Source: Azolla caroliniana (lineage: Eukaryota; Plantae; Polypodiophyta). Taken from it: a stretch of DNA of 64,000 nucleotides. Made by a program: the position numbers and the translations under genes. Below the pieces are notes generated by a model. It ran no database searches. It had not been told where the DNA came from and was given only the letters and a program-made list of their open reading frames with translations. Below are positions 1-12,895 of the stretch, in pieces (position 1 is the stretch's first letter; each line of letters opens with the position of its first letter). The stretch spans positions 9,672,001 through 9,736,000 of the forward strand of contig JBHGNT010000014.1 of NCBI GenBank assembly GCA_043228905.1, given 5' to 3'.

Positions 1-3000
1 GCCACATTAGGTATAGTAAATCACCTTGGGGTGTGCCAGTTCTATTAGTTAAGAAGAAAGAAGGTTCATGGTGAATGTGTATCAATTATCGTCGTTTGAA
101 TAAAATGACAATTAAAAATGCATATTTGTTACCTCGTGCCGATGATTTGATTGATCATTTGCATGGGGCCCGATATTTTACGAAAATTGATTTGCGAACA
201 AGTTATCATCAGATTCACATTGCCGAGGATGATATTCCTAAAACCGCTTTTCATACGCGCTATGGCCATTATGAGTTTTTAGTCATGCCTTTCGGGTTGA
301 CTAATGCTCCAGCCACATTCCAACAAGCGATGAATGATGTTTTCCGAGATCAAATTGATGATTTTGTTGTCGTCTTCTTGGATGATATTTTGATATATAG
401 TCGTACCTTGCAAGATCATGTTCAACATGTTCGATTTGTTTCGCAAAAGTTGCGTGACAACTCTTTCTATGCAAAACATTCAAAATGTGATTTTTTCCAA
501 AAACCTATTGTGTACCTAGGTCATTTAATTACAGAAAATGGTGTTGAAATTGAACCTTCTCATATTGAAATAGTTAAACTTTGGCCCATTCCTCCTAATA
601 TTCGTGAACTGTGATCATTCTTAGGGTTTGTTGGATTTTTACGAAAATCAATTCGTAACTATTCCAAATTGACTACGCCATTAACTGACCTTTTGAAAGG
701 TCATCCACGTAAGTCTATCAAACCAATTGCATGGAATGAACAACTTGAAAAATCATTTGAGACACTCAAAGAGCATGTGTGTCAAGATCCCACTCTTCTA
801 TTACTAGACCCTTCTAAGCCTTTCTCAATCGAAACCGATGCTAGTGATTATGCTATAGGTGCCGTTCTTTATCAATGCGGTCACCCTATTGCTTTTGAAA
901 GTAAGAAGCTTGATGTTGCTCAATCTCGGTATTCGGTTCAAGAGAAAGAGTTGTTTGCGGTAATACATGCACTTAAAACATGGAGGCACTATCTCTATGG
1001 AAATAAATTTGTGGTTACAACAGACCATCAATCATTGAGGTATTTTTGTGACCAGCCAGATCTTGTTGGTCGTAAAGGCCGTTGGGCTAACCTTATGCAA
1101 GATTTTGATTTTTCCATACGGTATCGCAAGGGTTCAATGAACACTGTTGCGGATGCTCTTAGTCACATTAAAGAAGTTAACATGCTTAGCTTCACAGAAA
1201 TAAAATCTGATCCTTTAGATCACCTTCGAGGGAAATACCTTGATGACAGTTATTTTTTGAAATACTGGACGAAAACCGAATCTGGTTTAGATGCCGATAC
1301 TAGCACCCTACCCTCGAAGGCGACCTCTCACATTACAAACAGTTTGCTCTACCATAGTGGAAAGGTCTGTGTTCCAGATTTACCAAACGTAAAACAGAAA
1401 ATTCTTCATGAATGTCATGATGCACCATCTACTGGTCATCCTGGAATACAACGCACACTCGTTCTCATCTCGAGTACTTTTTTCTGGCCTAAGATGCGTT
1501 CTGACGTGCATAAATACGTAACTCAATGCTTACAATGTCAAATTAATAAGTCAAAACAACTTAAAGCTGCGGGTCTTTTACATCCATTAGATATTCCCAA
1601 CAACAAATGGGAAAGTATCTCGATGGATTTTATTGTTAGTTTACCTCGTACACATAGGGGTCATGATACCATTTGGGTTGTCGTTGACAAACTAACAAAA
1701 TTGGCTAGATTTATTACTACCAAAACCACGATAACTGCTCAACAATTGGCTTATCAATTTGTTGATGAGTTATTTCGTTTTTTTGGATTACCGATGGATA
1801 TTGTTAGTGATGGAGATTCCAAGTTTACTAGTGACTTTTGGACTCAAGTCTTTAAGAAATTAGAAACTACGTTGAGCATGAGTTCCGCAGATCATCCTCA
1901 ATCTGATGGACAAACTGAATGAGTTAATCAAATTATTGAGGACATGCTTCAAGCTTATGTAGCAAAATCCCCTTCTAAGTGGGAGCAATACCTTCCTATC
2001 TTAGAATTTTCCTATAATAGCTCTAAACATATATCCACTGGATATAGTCCTTTTATGTTGAGGTATGGTTTTCAACCATGTGCCCCAGTTGATGTCACCA
2101 TTCATCGTGATACATTAGATAGTACACACAATTTTTTGCAAGACATGAACCAAATGTTGCATATTGCCAAAGAGAATGTCAAGACAGCTCAAGATCATGC
2201 TCGATTTTATGCTGATCAGGATAGATGTCCTCGTGCATTTACTATTGGTCAAAAAGTTTTTTTGTGTGTCCCTACTAACTCTACGGCATTGTCTACGAGA
2301 AAGTGCTCTAAGTTAGCCCCACGATATTGTGGCCCATTTGAAATCCTTACACAGGTTGGGTCATCTACTTATCACCTTGCCTTACCCCGTAAGATTGGTA
2401 TTCATCCTGTTTTTCACGTCAGTCGTCTAAAACCATTTTTAGGCTCCGGTGATAACACCATCATAGTCCAAGATCTTGTAACATTAGAGGATATTTTTAC
2501 AAACCTCATGTTCCTGAACGAATTCTTGATTCTCGTACTAAACAGTTACGTTCTAAAGAGATTCGGCTATTCAAGATCAAATGGATAGATAAAACTATTG
2601 ATGATGTCACATAGGAACACAAGCATACTCTTAAGGCACAATTTCCTCACTTTATATTGCAAGAGTGCAATCTTTTGAAGTAGGGGAGTATGTTATGTAC
2701 ACATAACGTTGGTGAGGGTAGGTCACCAATATTTACATTAGTGAAGGGTATGTTCACTAATGTTAAAAAGGGGACTAATGATTGGATAGAAGGAATGATA
2801 GGTGCATGCACTATCATGATTTGGACAACCAATGAATGGAGAGCCTTTTAGAAAGGCACATCTATTCAAGGGGCCTAGGAAAAGATATAAATATGAGGCT
2901 TACCTCCCCTCATAAAGACATTACGCTGGAAGGTTGTTGTCTTAGACACCGGTGGTGCGGGCTAGGCTTTCATCTTGACGATCGTGTTTATCTCTTCCAA

Positions 3001-3163
3001 GGTATTAGTCATCCTAATATCCAACAGTATGGAACGTCGGTGGTAGTTTGGTTGTGTCTAGATCATAGCTCAGGGGTGGTCGAGTGGAACGGGTTCTTCT
3101 ATCCATTCTATTTTCCTTCTTTTACTTTACTTTGTTCTATTGATTAGTAATAGACTCTTAACA
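1..3163 (+). mobile_element. Ty3/Gypsy chromovirus-type LTR retrotransposon, 3' part (degenerate RT-RNaseH-integrase-chromodomain plus 3' LTR)
   Basis: ORFs 75-614 (RT: YFTKIDL, VMPFGLTNAPATF, FLDD), 669-1922 (RNaseH IETDASDYAIG; integrase HHCC and SMDFI) and 1944-2588 (GPF, HPVFHVS), separated by in-frame TGA stops. Frameshifted chromodomain-like ERILDSR..FKIKW at about 2510-2620. Confidence 0.93.
2691..3163 (+). repeat. 3' LTR of the chromovirus element
   Basis: Preceded by the PPT GAAGTAGGGGAG. Termini TGTTA...TAACA are inverted repeats. TATA-like TATAAATA near 2886. Confidence 0.85.
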
Positions 3164-3968
3164 GTTCGAATCGGATTTTCCTTGTGTCCGATCAAATCAC
3201 CGACCTTTCTCCTTTCTCTTTATCGACTAGTAGTCGGAAACATTGTGACTAGACTTTCTGTAGTGGGTGTAGAAAGCACTTGATCAACTATTCCTCGACT
3301 TCAACCTCTATCGATTGTCCTTCCTTCTTGACCGATTGGTACTTAGGCTATCTCTTTTGGCTGGTTCGGTTGAGTGATGGGCTTTTGCCAAATCTTCAAT
3401 GGTGAGACCCATCGATTTTCGTCGAATGTCGTTAGTGAGGACTTGTCCAATCATTTTGTCCAGATTCAATTTTGGATAGTTGTTGGCGAATGTCATGCAG
3501 AATACCTCCCAACTCACTGGCAAGCTCGAAAGGAGGGCAAGGGCTTTAACTTCTTTTTCTTCGAAGTTAATCATTTGGGAAGAGAGTTCATATAACACTA
3601 GCTGAAGGTGTTGATGTGGGAGGTCGTCGGATCTATCTCTCTCATCTTCATATTGAACAACTGTCAGATCAATATGAGCTTAGGGTTGGTGAAGATGAAC
3701 TAATATGTAGAAGAATATGTGAGGACCTGCAAGGTAGTGTCAAGAAAACAACAAGTACAAGGCAGAGAAGTAGAATGTGCACTATATGAAGGAAAGTAAG
3801 AAACAAGATGCACAGTTGAAGCTTTGATGGAAGACTGTATTTCTCTTCTGTAACTCTCTACATCTATAATGTTATATTTGGGCTTATATATATACTCAAG
3901 CCCTGACTTAAGGATGTGTTCACACTTAAAGATAAAATTTTGGAAAGAGTCAGCCTTTTATGCCAACA
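3164..3968 (-). mobile_element. Ty1/Copia fragment (family C): 5' LTR about 3690-3968 plus gag remnant
   Basis: ORF 3308-3598(-) has the Copia gag-like ALALLSSLPVSWEVF. The LTR end ...CCTTTTATGCCAACA matches the LTR end at about 29670-29686. Confidence 0.7.
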
Positions 3969-4285
3969 TTCGCCGCCAACACCATAGCCCCAAAGTTGCA
4001 ACTTAGGCATGAGCTCAACAACGTCCGACAAAGAGGTATGTGGATAAATTGCTACACCACAAATATCAAGGAGATCTGTAATGCACTCGGCTCCATCAGT
4101 GTGATGATTGACAAAGATGAGATGCTACAAATCTGCCTTGGTGGTCTAGGTCAAAAATACGGGCTGATTTAGACGGCTATCTGCACGACAGAGAAGCCTT
4201 TGTCCTTTTTCGATTTGCCGCCAATGCTTCTTGTTGAAGAGAACCAAACGGATGCATCAACAAGCATGCACATCAACAGCAAGAT
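3969..4285 (+). pseudogene. Ty1/Copia gag fragment (family B), left half; resumes at 20773-20844
   Basis: KLQLRHELNNVR matches KLQLRQELNNVR of the gag at 46659-47102(-). The reading frame rejoins as S-K-M-L-Y across the Gypsy A insertion. Confidence 0.85.
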
Positions 4286-4769
4286 TGGAGTCGACAATGT
4301 TCGGAGAAACACAAAGTCATAGTCGATCGAAGAGGCGGATCAATGACTCAGCATTTTGCCGACAAAAAATATAAATATTTATTAAAGTTAGTTAGAAATT
4401 TTGAATAGTTCTTGCCGACAATGCAAAGTGTATTCTTGATGAGTTTTTCCTTTCGGGTCACCTATAAAAAGGGACCGAGAACATTGTAACACTATCGCTC
4501 TAATTTGAGTTTAATATAGTTATTAGTTAGTAGAAATCTCCATTTTCCTTTTCTCTGAGTAATCTATTCATCTCAGCTATATTCTGCCCGTAATTATATT
4601 ATGTCAATTAGTCGATCATGATATATTTATATTGTATCGTAAAAACTTCTTAGGAGTCTAGTTCGTATTCCATTTGTAATTCCACAATTTCTTGATACAA
4701 CATTCGAAGGAGAACATTCGACCCTATTGTGTTGTCGGTCCTAGTAGTCAACTAACAAAGCGAATAACA
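4286..4769 (+). repeat. 5' LTR of Gypsy A (about 37 bp missing after the terminal TG)
   Basis: Aligns with 20306-20772. TATA CCTATAAAAAGG. Ends AATAACA and is followed by TTTTGGCACACAC. Confidence 0.85.
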
Positions 4770-4814
4770 CAATAGTTTTGGCACACACAGTTACATATGT
4801 ATTAAGCAAAGAAC

Positions 4815-7485
4815 ATGTTAGAATGGATGTTGTTTAGCCCGGAAGCACCAATCGGTCGCAAACGTCCTCACACACGCTCAGAAACTCAACGTGTAGCGGA
4901 GGATCCTCTTGACAATTTTCTATCTACACAACATCAAGGCGTTGGTCGGGAGTTTTCTTTGATTCCCGATTTAACTGAGAATTATTCGGACGAAGATCAG
5001 TCCGAACAAGTTTCTTTCTACGACATCTGGGGTGACGACAATATGTTGTACCCTTACTCGAAGTATCGAGATGGCTTTGATGCAAAAGCGCACATTAGGG
5101 ATTTCTTGACAACATGGGAAATAAACCATGGAGCTCAGCGACTGTCAGAGGCAGCCGAAGATAAGTCTAAAATTGTTGAGTTTGTTTTGTCCTTGGATGG
5201 TCCGTTGGCAAATTGGTTTGCCCAGAATGGTATACAAAGCGTTCGAGTCCTTCGAACAATTAACTAACTGATTCGTACAACTAGTCCATCAACAGATTCC
5301 GCAGAAAGATCTGATTGGTCAGTTCTATGCAGGATATCAGGAACAACATAAAACGGTATCACAATTTGTGATCCATTTTCAGAATTTACAACTTCAAATC
5401 TCGAAGACAATTCTAGATGAAGAATTAAACGATATATTCCTCGAAGCAATTTAGGAACCTCTTCGAACAACTCTAGCAGTGTTCAATTTTCAAAATCAAT
5501 CACTTAATCAGGTGATTGATAAGGTGTTAGTTATGGATCGGACACACAAAAAGGGCACAAAAATAAGAATAGTATGAATATGTCTGCGCTCCATAACAAT
5601 TTACCAACATTGGAAGAGCTCCGTTTTCAGCAAAGCGGTTCAGTGTATGACTTGCCTCAACACTAGACATTCGACAATGGAATGCAGCCTACGCACCCAT
5701 TGTATGATATGTCATTCTAAAGCTCATTCTGTCGAGCAATGTGAGTATAATCTTCTTAACAAAACAGCAGCCTCTGTTCGTCAAATTTATCCTGAAAATT
5801 ATTATCAGGAGAACAAGAATAAATCAACTAACCGCACACAAGAGGATGATCATTATGATCGGCAGGATCGTCATGACAATCGAAGTAATGATAACGATCA
5901 TGGCCGAGAGGAATATCGGCGGAACGACATATATGATTCAAGACGGGATGAAGATCAGTCAAACGACTATCGTCGAGATGATCGGAATAATCATGATACA
6001 GATTATTCACCGCAAAGAGATAATGGTAACCAACAACCATATAGAGGAAGTCGTTATCAAGAAAACCGAAAGTTTAATAACTTTCGGCGACAAGAGGATA
6101 ATCACCAAGGAAATCGGTGGTTCAATGATAACAAGAAGCCGAAGGGGTCTCGGCAATTTCAGCATGACACTCCGCAAAGAGAAGATTCTGATTCGCACGA
6201 TGATCGACGTCTTTAATATGAAAATGGTGAAGCAAGCGGTTCATCAGTACCAAATTGTTACATATGCCAAAAAGACGGTCATTATGTGAATCAATGTCCG
6301 ACAAGGGACTGAGGGAAGCCACCAACAATCAATATGGTTGTACCCGAAATTCAACAAGTGACCACTCGAAGCAAAGGAAAACAATCGGAGTGGGAAGTAC
6401 AAGAAGTTGTTCGGAAAGCTGTCAAGGAATGGGTGGAAGAAGCTTATCAGAATTATGCAGGATAATGCAATATCAATTAAGGATCAACTTGTTCCTTGGT
6501 CAGAGACATTACCAATGCATAAACACGAGGAAACCTGGAAGATTTTGGCAGATTGCCAAGTCTCCTTACCTTTGGCAAGATTACTAAAATTAGTACCCCG
6601 ATTTACAGAAAAGGTGGCAACTCGTATGGCACAAAAAGATGCATAGCAAGTATCAGTTAACTATAGTCAGCCAAGCAATGGTCTGACAATCATGGATGAA
6701 CAAAGTCCTTCAAGTGATAATTTGGGGTCAGGAAGTGGTCGGAATTATTGTTGATTGTGGTTCAGGAGTCAATGTCATCAATAAAATCACCTGTGATAAG
6801 CTTGGAATTACCAAGTGGGATGCATGTCCTTTTTGGTTAAGGATGACTGACACAAGCACGGTTAGACCACTCGGCTTAATTCAGCAATTAGATGCCATTT
6901 TAGGGGGCCACGTTTTTCAGATATTAGCAGTAGTGCTTCATTTGGATGCTCCAGGGGCATACCCACTACTGTTAGGTAGATCATGGTTTAAAATGGCTAA
7001 TATTAAGCAAAATTGAAACAAGAATGTTCTAACATTCAGAAAGGGAAAAACTAAAATTCGGATATCAACTCAGGCCAAAGTCAGTACGACTCGATAATGT
7101 CTATTATTCTATGCAAAGTCAGTTAATATGATGGAAGGACTGGATGAAGCAGAGGAAGAACAATATTTTAGCGACAACCCAAAGATCATTCCACTATTCG
7201 AAGTCGACATTTTGCAGACGCTCACTCCTTATATAGAAGACAAAGAAGATGAAATTCCGGTGACATCAAAGGAGATCCAACTACATCAAGAAGCCACTAA
7301 AAAGGAAATGCAAAGAGTACAAGCATTGGCACTTGAGGAGCTCAATTTAGCCGACGCTATCACCGGGGCTGAGCCTAAGACTATCCTAATAGCCAAAGAA
7401 ATGTTGTCGGCTGAAAAAGAGAAATTGAAGAATTTATTGAGAGAGTACAAGGATGTCTTTGCTTGGTCATTCGAAGACATGAAAG
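4815..7485 (+). pseudogene. Degenerate gag-protease of Gypsy A, truncated at the start of RT
   Basis: Zn knuckles CLNTRHSTMEC/CMICHSKAHSVEQC, protease IVDCGSGVNVI and LLLGRSW. Ends at YKDVFAWSFEDMK. Several stops and frameshifts. Confidence 0.9.
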
Positions 7486-8432
7486 ATGGATCTATGTGTT
7501 CTATCTATTTCTTCTAACAATATATACACTTAACTCTTGAGCTCTCATCAAAACACATCAACAGGTGTCACAAAACCTTAAAGTGCACAATTGTGGGCCT
7601 TCGCCAATAGGATACATCTTACCAACATCCTTCTGCATGAATTAGGCCACACCATACAAGCAATACCCACAATTCTCATCACACACTTGAATGAATACCA
7701 TAACATCACATCGAGACTTGGTGCAATGAGCATGAGATCTCATGGAATTGTTATTCCATCACATGATTGTGTAATGAAAGGTAACACTCACTTGGTTTGA
7801 ATATAGCCCCCTTCACATAATTTCCAAGTTCAAATCTACATACAAATGCTTGTGTGGTATCACAACACTTCGAGTTTATATATTATTTCACTATAATTGG
7901 ATCTATGTGTATGCTTTATTCACGCATAGAGACTTTGTGCTTTAATGTATGAATACCCCTTCTTAGGAAGGAGACACCTATCAAGAACACATGTATACTC
8001 TGGTTCCATAGGTCAAAACTGGCCTCTTTATGGACGATAAAAGTTCTAATTCTAACTCTCTCTAGTATCAAATAGAATATGATGTTCCTCCCTAACGGAG
8101 CATTGCATATTATCTCATTCTTAATGTAATAAATTGTTAGTAAAAATGTACAATAGAGAATATGAAGGTGCTAGTTTTTTTTTTTTTTTTTTTTTGGGTT
8201 TGGACTTAGGTAGTGCATGACAATGATTCTCTTTAGGGCTCTACATGTCTTCTCCAAAAATATGTCTTTGAAATTTTGTTCTAAAGGTTTGTTTATTGTG
8301 AACACGAGCCTCACTATCTATGTGATAATTTCCATCATATACCGATTAGATCATTCTTTGTCCTCCTAATGGATTCCCTCATTTACTAATTCTCTCTTTA
8401 TCTCATATATCATACTAATCCTTTCATCGTAG

Positions 8433-9154
8433 ATGGCAACAGAATGCAAGATTCACAAGCTCGTAAGTGCTAAGCATTTATAACCGACTCACCCAAGTGA
8501 AACTTATCGAATTGTAGCAAAGTGCATTAACAAATTGGAACACATGGAACAAATGGATTTAACAAAAATATGTTGTTGTATACAACTCTGTGTAATAATG
8601 GAATAGGTAGCTTGGAAATAGTTGATTTATAAACATCAATGTAATTTGATAATGTTGAGTCATATTGTAATGAATTTATAGGTAACTTTTGAGGAGATCG
8701 AAAACATAGTAAAAGGTTTCACTGATATAAGCGAACTTGCTCAACATGGAATTATAGTAGGAGGAACCAAATATATGTTCATCCAAGGTGAACTTGACCA
8801 AGTCATTCGAGGCAAAAAGGTATGTGCATGAGCATATCCCTCTCATGACACTTCTTTATGACTAAGTTTTGATGTAATTGGGATTGTTTATGTTGATGCA
8901 AAAAACGCTTGATATAACTTGTTGAATTTATCAATATGATTTTTTGTATGTTGTCATAAAACTATTTGACAACTTCTTGTGTATGATTCCTTTTTGTTTT
9001 ACAAAATCAGGGGCATGGAGGCTTGATTGTAAAGAGAACAAACATTGCCCTTATAATAGGCATATACGATGAGGGAGTTCAACCCGGTGAATGTAATATT
9101 GTGGTGGAGAAACTTGGGGATTACTTGATAATGCATCTAATAATCTTCACATGA
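8433..9154 (+). CDS. Profilin-like gene; exons 8433-8462 (tentative, atypical), 8682-8819, 9011-9154
   Basis: Exon 2 (138 bp, AG/GT bounded) encodes [10 protein letters not shown]...[20 protein letters not shown]. Exon 3 encodes [39 protein letters not shown]. Motifs and intron positions are typical of plant profilins. A canonical exon 1 (MSWQ.YVD) was not found. Confidence 0.85.
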
Positions 9155-10346
9155 CCAATAAAAGGAAGTGACTTTATATTTGAGATTACCTAGTGATCTA
9201 GCTTTATTAATGCTTTGTTTTTAACTTGTGGTCTTTACCAAGGGTTTTGAAATTACAAAGTGTGGCTTTTCCATATAGTTTTAGCATAACTGTTTCACTA
9301 AACAATTCTTTAGTTATCATAAATGTGAATATCATAATGTTCTATAAAAATAAGCCTGGTTGAGTGAAAACATTTAATTGTTCCGACTCTTTTTTTTTCC
9401 ACAATATATTATGACATCATTAGTGCACATGATTATAGCTTCAAAAGCTTCTCTTCCAAGTTTATGGCTTCAATAGACCCCTTACCATTTTCACCACCAT
9501 TTTTATCATTTCATTGTAACAACCATCAACATTAAACCTGCGACATGATGAAAATTTCTTGCCAAGAATATTTAATGTTCAATTCCTAGGATTCTCTCAC
9601 ATGAGTGTTCACAATGGAAAAATCTTACAAAACTAATTTATTGCATCTTAACAAATAATAAAAACGTTGTCTTCTTACTTGTTGAGATATTGTTAGCCCC
9701 TATGACATTTCATTCGATTACATAATGTCGAGTATGGTGATTCGACGAAATAATACTTCGGGTCATTTGGGGGTATTTGGGAATCTAAAACATCAAATGC
9801 CTAAATCATATGATAATATTGTTTTTAAATATACTAGCTTTTACAAAATGCAATTAAGAGAAGTATGGAGGACAGCTTGGATGGATCATGAACATACAAT
9901 TATGGATGGGTAATGGATGTATTGTTCTTGGATCATTAGTTGGTCATGACGAGGAAACAAAAACAAAATCATGAAAGCTTGCCAATCTTGGTCAAATGCT
10001 CTTCTTCATATAAAAAAGAGATTATTCTTGGATTAAGAAGCTCGCCTACCACTTGACTAAAAAAATAAATCCCTGATATAATGTAGGTCTCACTAATAAT
10101 TGGCTTTTCATCACGTCTTTTCCTTTTCCATATCAAGAAACTTCCTAATGCACTAAGTTGCCTCATATGCATTGGACTTGTAATGTTGAAGCGAGCATGG
10201 TATGTACAAAAGAGGCCTTCAAAATTTGGACCTAAAGCACCAACATTTAGAGTAGAATGCTTCTTGAAGTTGCCTCATCGTCCTAAAGGAAGAATGTTAA
10301 GAGTAGCACGATGACAGGGAAGCCCTTGTAAAATAACAATAAGATA

Positions 10347-10705
10347 GAGTTACATATTTGTGTGTTTCAAGTAATTTGACATGTCACCAAGAGTAGGCAA
10401 GTGATAGGAATGGCCTCGAGTAGTGTGGTTCAATCTAACCTCAGACCCCGTAATGTGCTTGTGTGTAAAAGTTAATTTTGTGGAATAATCCTTCATTTGT
10501 TAGCAACTTACCAATCTTCATTCTAGTTACATATTTGTGTGTTTCAAGTAATTTGAGTACATGTCACCAAGAATAGGTCACTAAGAGTAGACAAGTCATA
10601 GGAATGGCCTCGAGTAGTGTGGTTTAATCTAACCTCGTACTGCGTAAAAGTTATTTTTGTGGAATAATCGGTCACTTGTGAGCAACTTCCCAATGTTCAT
10701 TCTCA
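10347..10705. repeat. Imperfect tandem duplication of about 180 bp
   Basis: AGTTACATATTTGTGTGTTTCAAGTAATTTGA...GGAATGGCCTCGAGTAGTGTGG occurs at about 10347 and about 10525. Confidence 0.85.
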
Positions 10706-12198
10706 ACACATGAGATGATTGTGGACTTCTTCCATGTGGGAGGTGTATTGATTTTCTACACCATTGACGTTAGAGCATATTGATGCAAGTAGGTTCATTC
10801 TCACACGAACCACTTCAAAACAACAAAGCGTAAGTAGGTAGATAGGCTATGACAAAGATGAATACCCACGTTTTAATGCCATGTGACGAACTAAGTAGTA
10901 CGGTTTAAACCAATCAGACATGATGGATGAGTGAATGGGATATCATAAAGTGCTCACTTTGTTCAAAACATAATTGCATACATTAAAACTACAAACGTAA
11001 ACTTTGATACATGTTCTCTAAGAACTGTGCTCAGACACAGTTTATGGTTGATCTTGTCCTTGAACATAATGCAAGATTATGAAATGCAAAGTAGGGGTTG
11101 AACAAACGACATTGAATCAACGATAGGTACATGCAAAATGATTGGTGTATATGCTACCTTTCATATGTACTCTCATAGAATTATAAACCAGCATGTAATG
11201 GTGGTAGAAGGAGTATGCTATGGTCTAGTATAAACAATACACAAGTGGAATTTAATCTTTGACACATGTTTTTCAATGAGTGTGTTCACTAACATACAAA
11301 GTGTGTTTATGCTTGACTTCTGAACATGTACTTTTGTTATGCATAAAATCCACACCATAATACGTCAAATATGAAAAGGTATCTTGATGGATTGTTATGA
11401 TGCATTTTCAATCATTTGAATTAAATGCACATGTTTATTATACATGTGGTAATTCCTATCAATGCTCTTGCTCATTTAAAGCTATGAAAAACTGTTGATT
11501 GATTGAAACTTTATAAATCATAGTCATGGTTCCTACCAAAGAGCCCAATAGATTGAAACTTCTTATTGAAGCTCATGTGAAAAATCTTCCAGAGCCTCTT
11601 TGTATCTTGATTTTGTAAAGAGCTAAACATAAAATTCTATGTAGAGGAATGAATCAATTATGTAAGATGTAAGATGGGTGTGTATGTATTTGTATTAACG
11701 AGAGAGAACTAGACACCAAACACGATAGAATCTATTAGGTGAAACTGGGGGAAGATTTACAAATTACAATAACAAAATCAACATCAGACTCAAGAGTGTG
11801 GGGGCCCGGGGTTTAGATTAAATACGAGACTTGGTCTATAAAGAACATTTATATTTAAGAACACATAAAAGGTAAGATCAATCTTGTAAAGAATGTGAGA
11901 GTGATAGAGATATGTATCATTAATACTAGGTCATCTAGGTCCTAGGAATCCCTGAGTCAATGCTAGATTGTAGCATCGGTTTGACTACATCGTTGAGCTC
12001 GACATCTCAACAATCCTTGGGACTTGCTCAAAAGATAAGATTTCGGGAACACGCCGTGATAATTTGCAGCTCGGGAGGAGTAGAGCATAGTAATCTTGGA
12101 GATATGGTATACAAATATGTAACGGCTATTGTATATACACACCACAGTTGGCAAATATGATATAGTAATCTTGGGTGTGAAAGGGAGTAGGGAGTCTC

Positions 12199-12201
<3 letters not shown>

Positions 12202-12238
<37 letters not shown>

Positions 12239-12398
12239 CATATTATTATAATTTATGTATGTAAGTGGCTTGACTTTCCCGTCTTCATCCCGTCCGGCCT
12301 CAGGTCCTTATCTTAGTTCCAAAAGTCAAACGATTTGTTTTTTTTCAATGACCATGTCATCACATCATGACCACGCTCATGCCTTGACTCGCTCTCTG

Positions 12399-12485
<87 letters not shown>

Positions 12486-12690
12486 GAGTTTCACTGTTTG
12501 GGATGCTTGCCATGGCTGGCAGCTCCACTTGCTCTTCGTCTCCCAACTCCTAAAGTCAATACTTTAGCCATGATCGCTGCTTCCGACAAAAAATGATTTC
12601 GTCTGCTTCATTCAGTGGCCATGGCCATGGCATAACTCTGTCTCTGTCTCTCTTTCTCTCTCAATACACACACACACACACACACACACT
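12202..12690. repeat. Microsatellite cluster (GA)n, (CTGTCT)n(CT)n(CA)n x2 upstream of annexin
   Basis: Directly visible at 12202-12236, 12392-12484 and 12637-12690. Confidence 0.9.
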
Positions 12691-12895
12691 CGTACTTTTT
12701 CATGGTATAAATATCCGCCATGGAACCTCCAGTTTCTCATCAATTTCACCTTTCAACTGAGCCTCATTCCTTCTTCTTCTTCTTCTGCAATCTGCATTCT
12801 CATCACCTCCATTCTTCTGCAGTTTGATCTTCTTCATTCTTCCATCTTTGTTTCTTCTCGTTGTTGTTTTCATTATCATTCTTCCGTGAGAAGCC

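Noticed and set aside
12255-12596. ORF with SLSL/THTH runs
   Set aside because: Translation of microsatellites.
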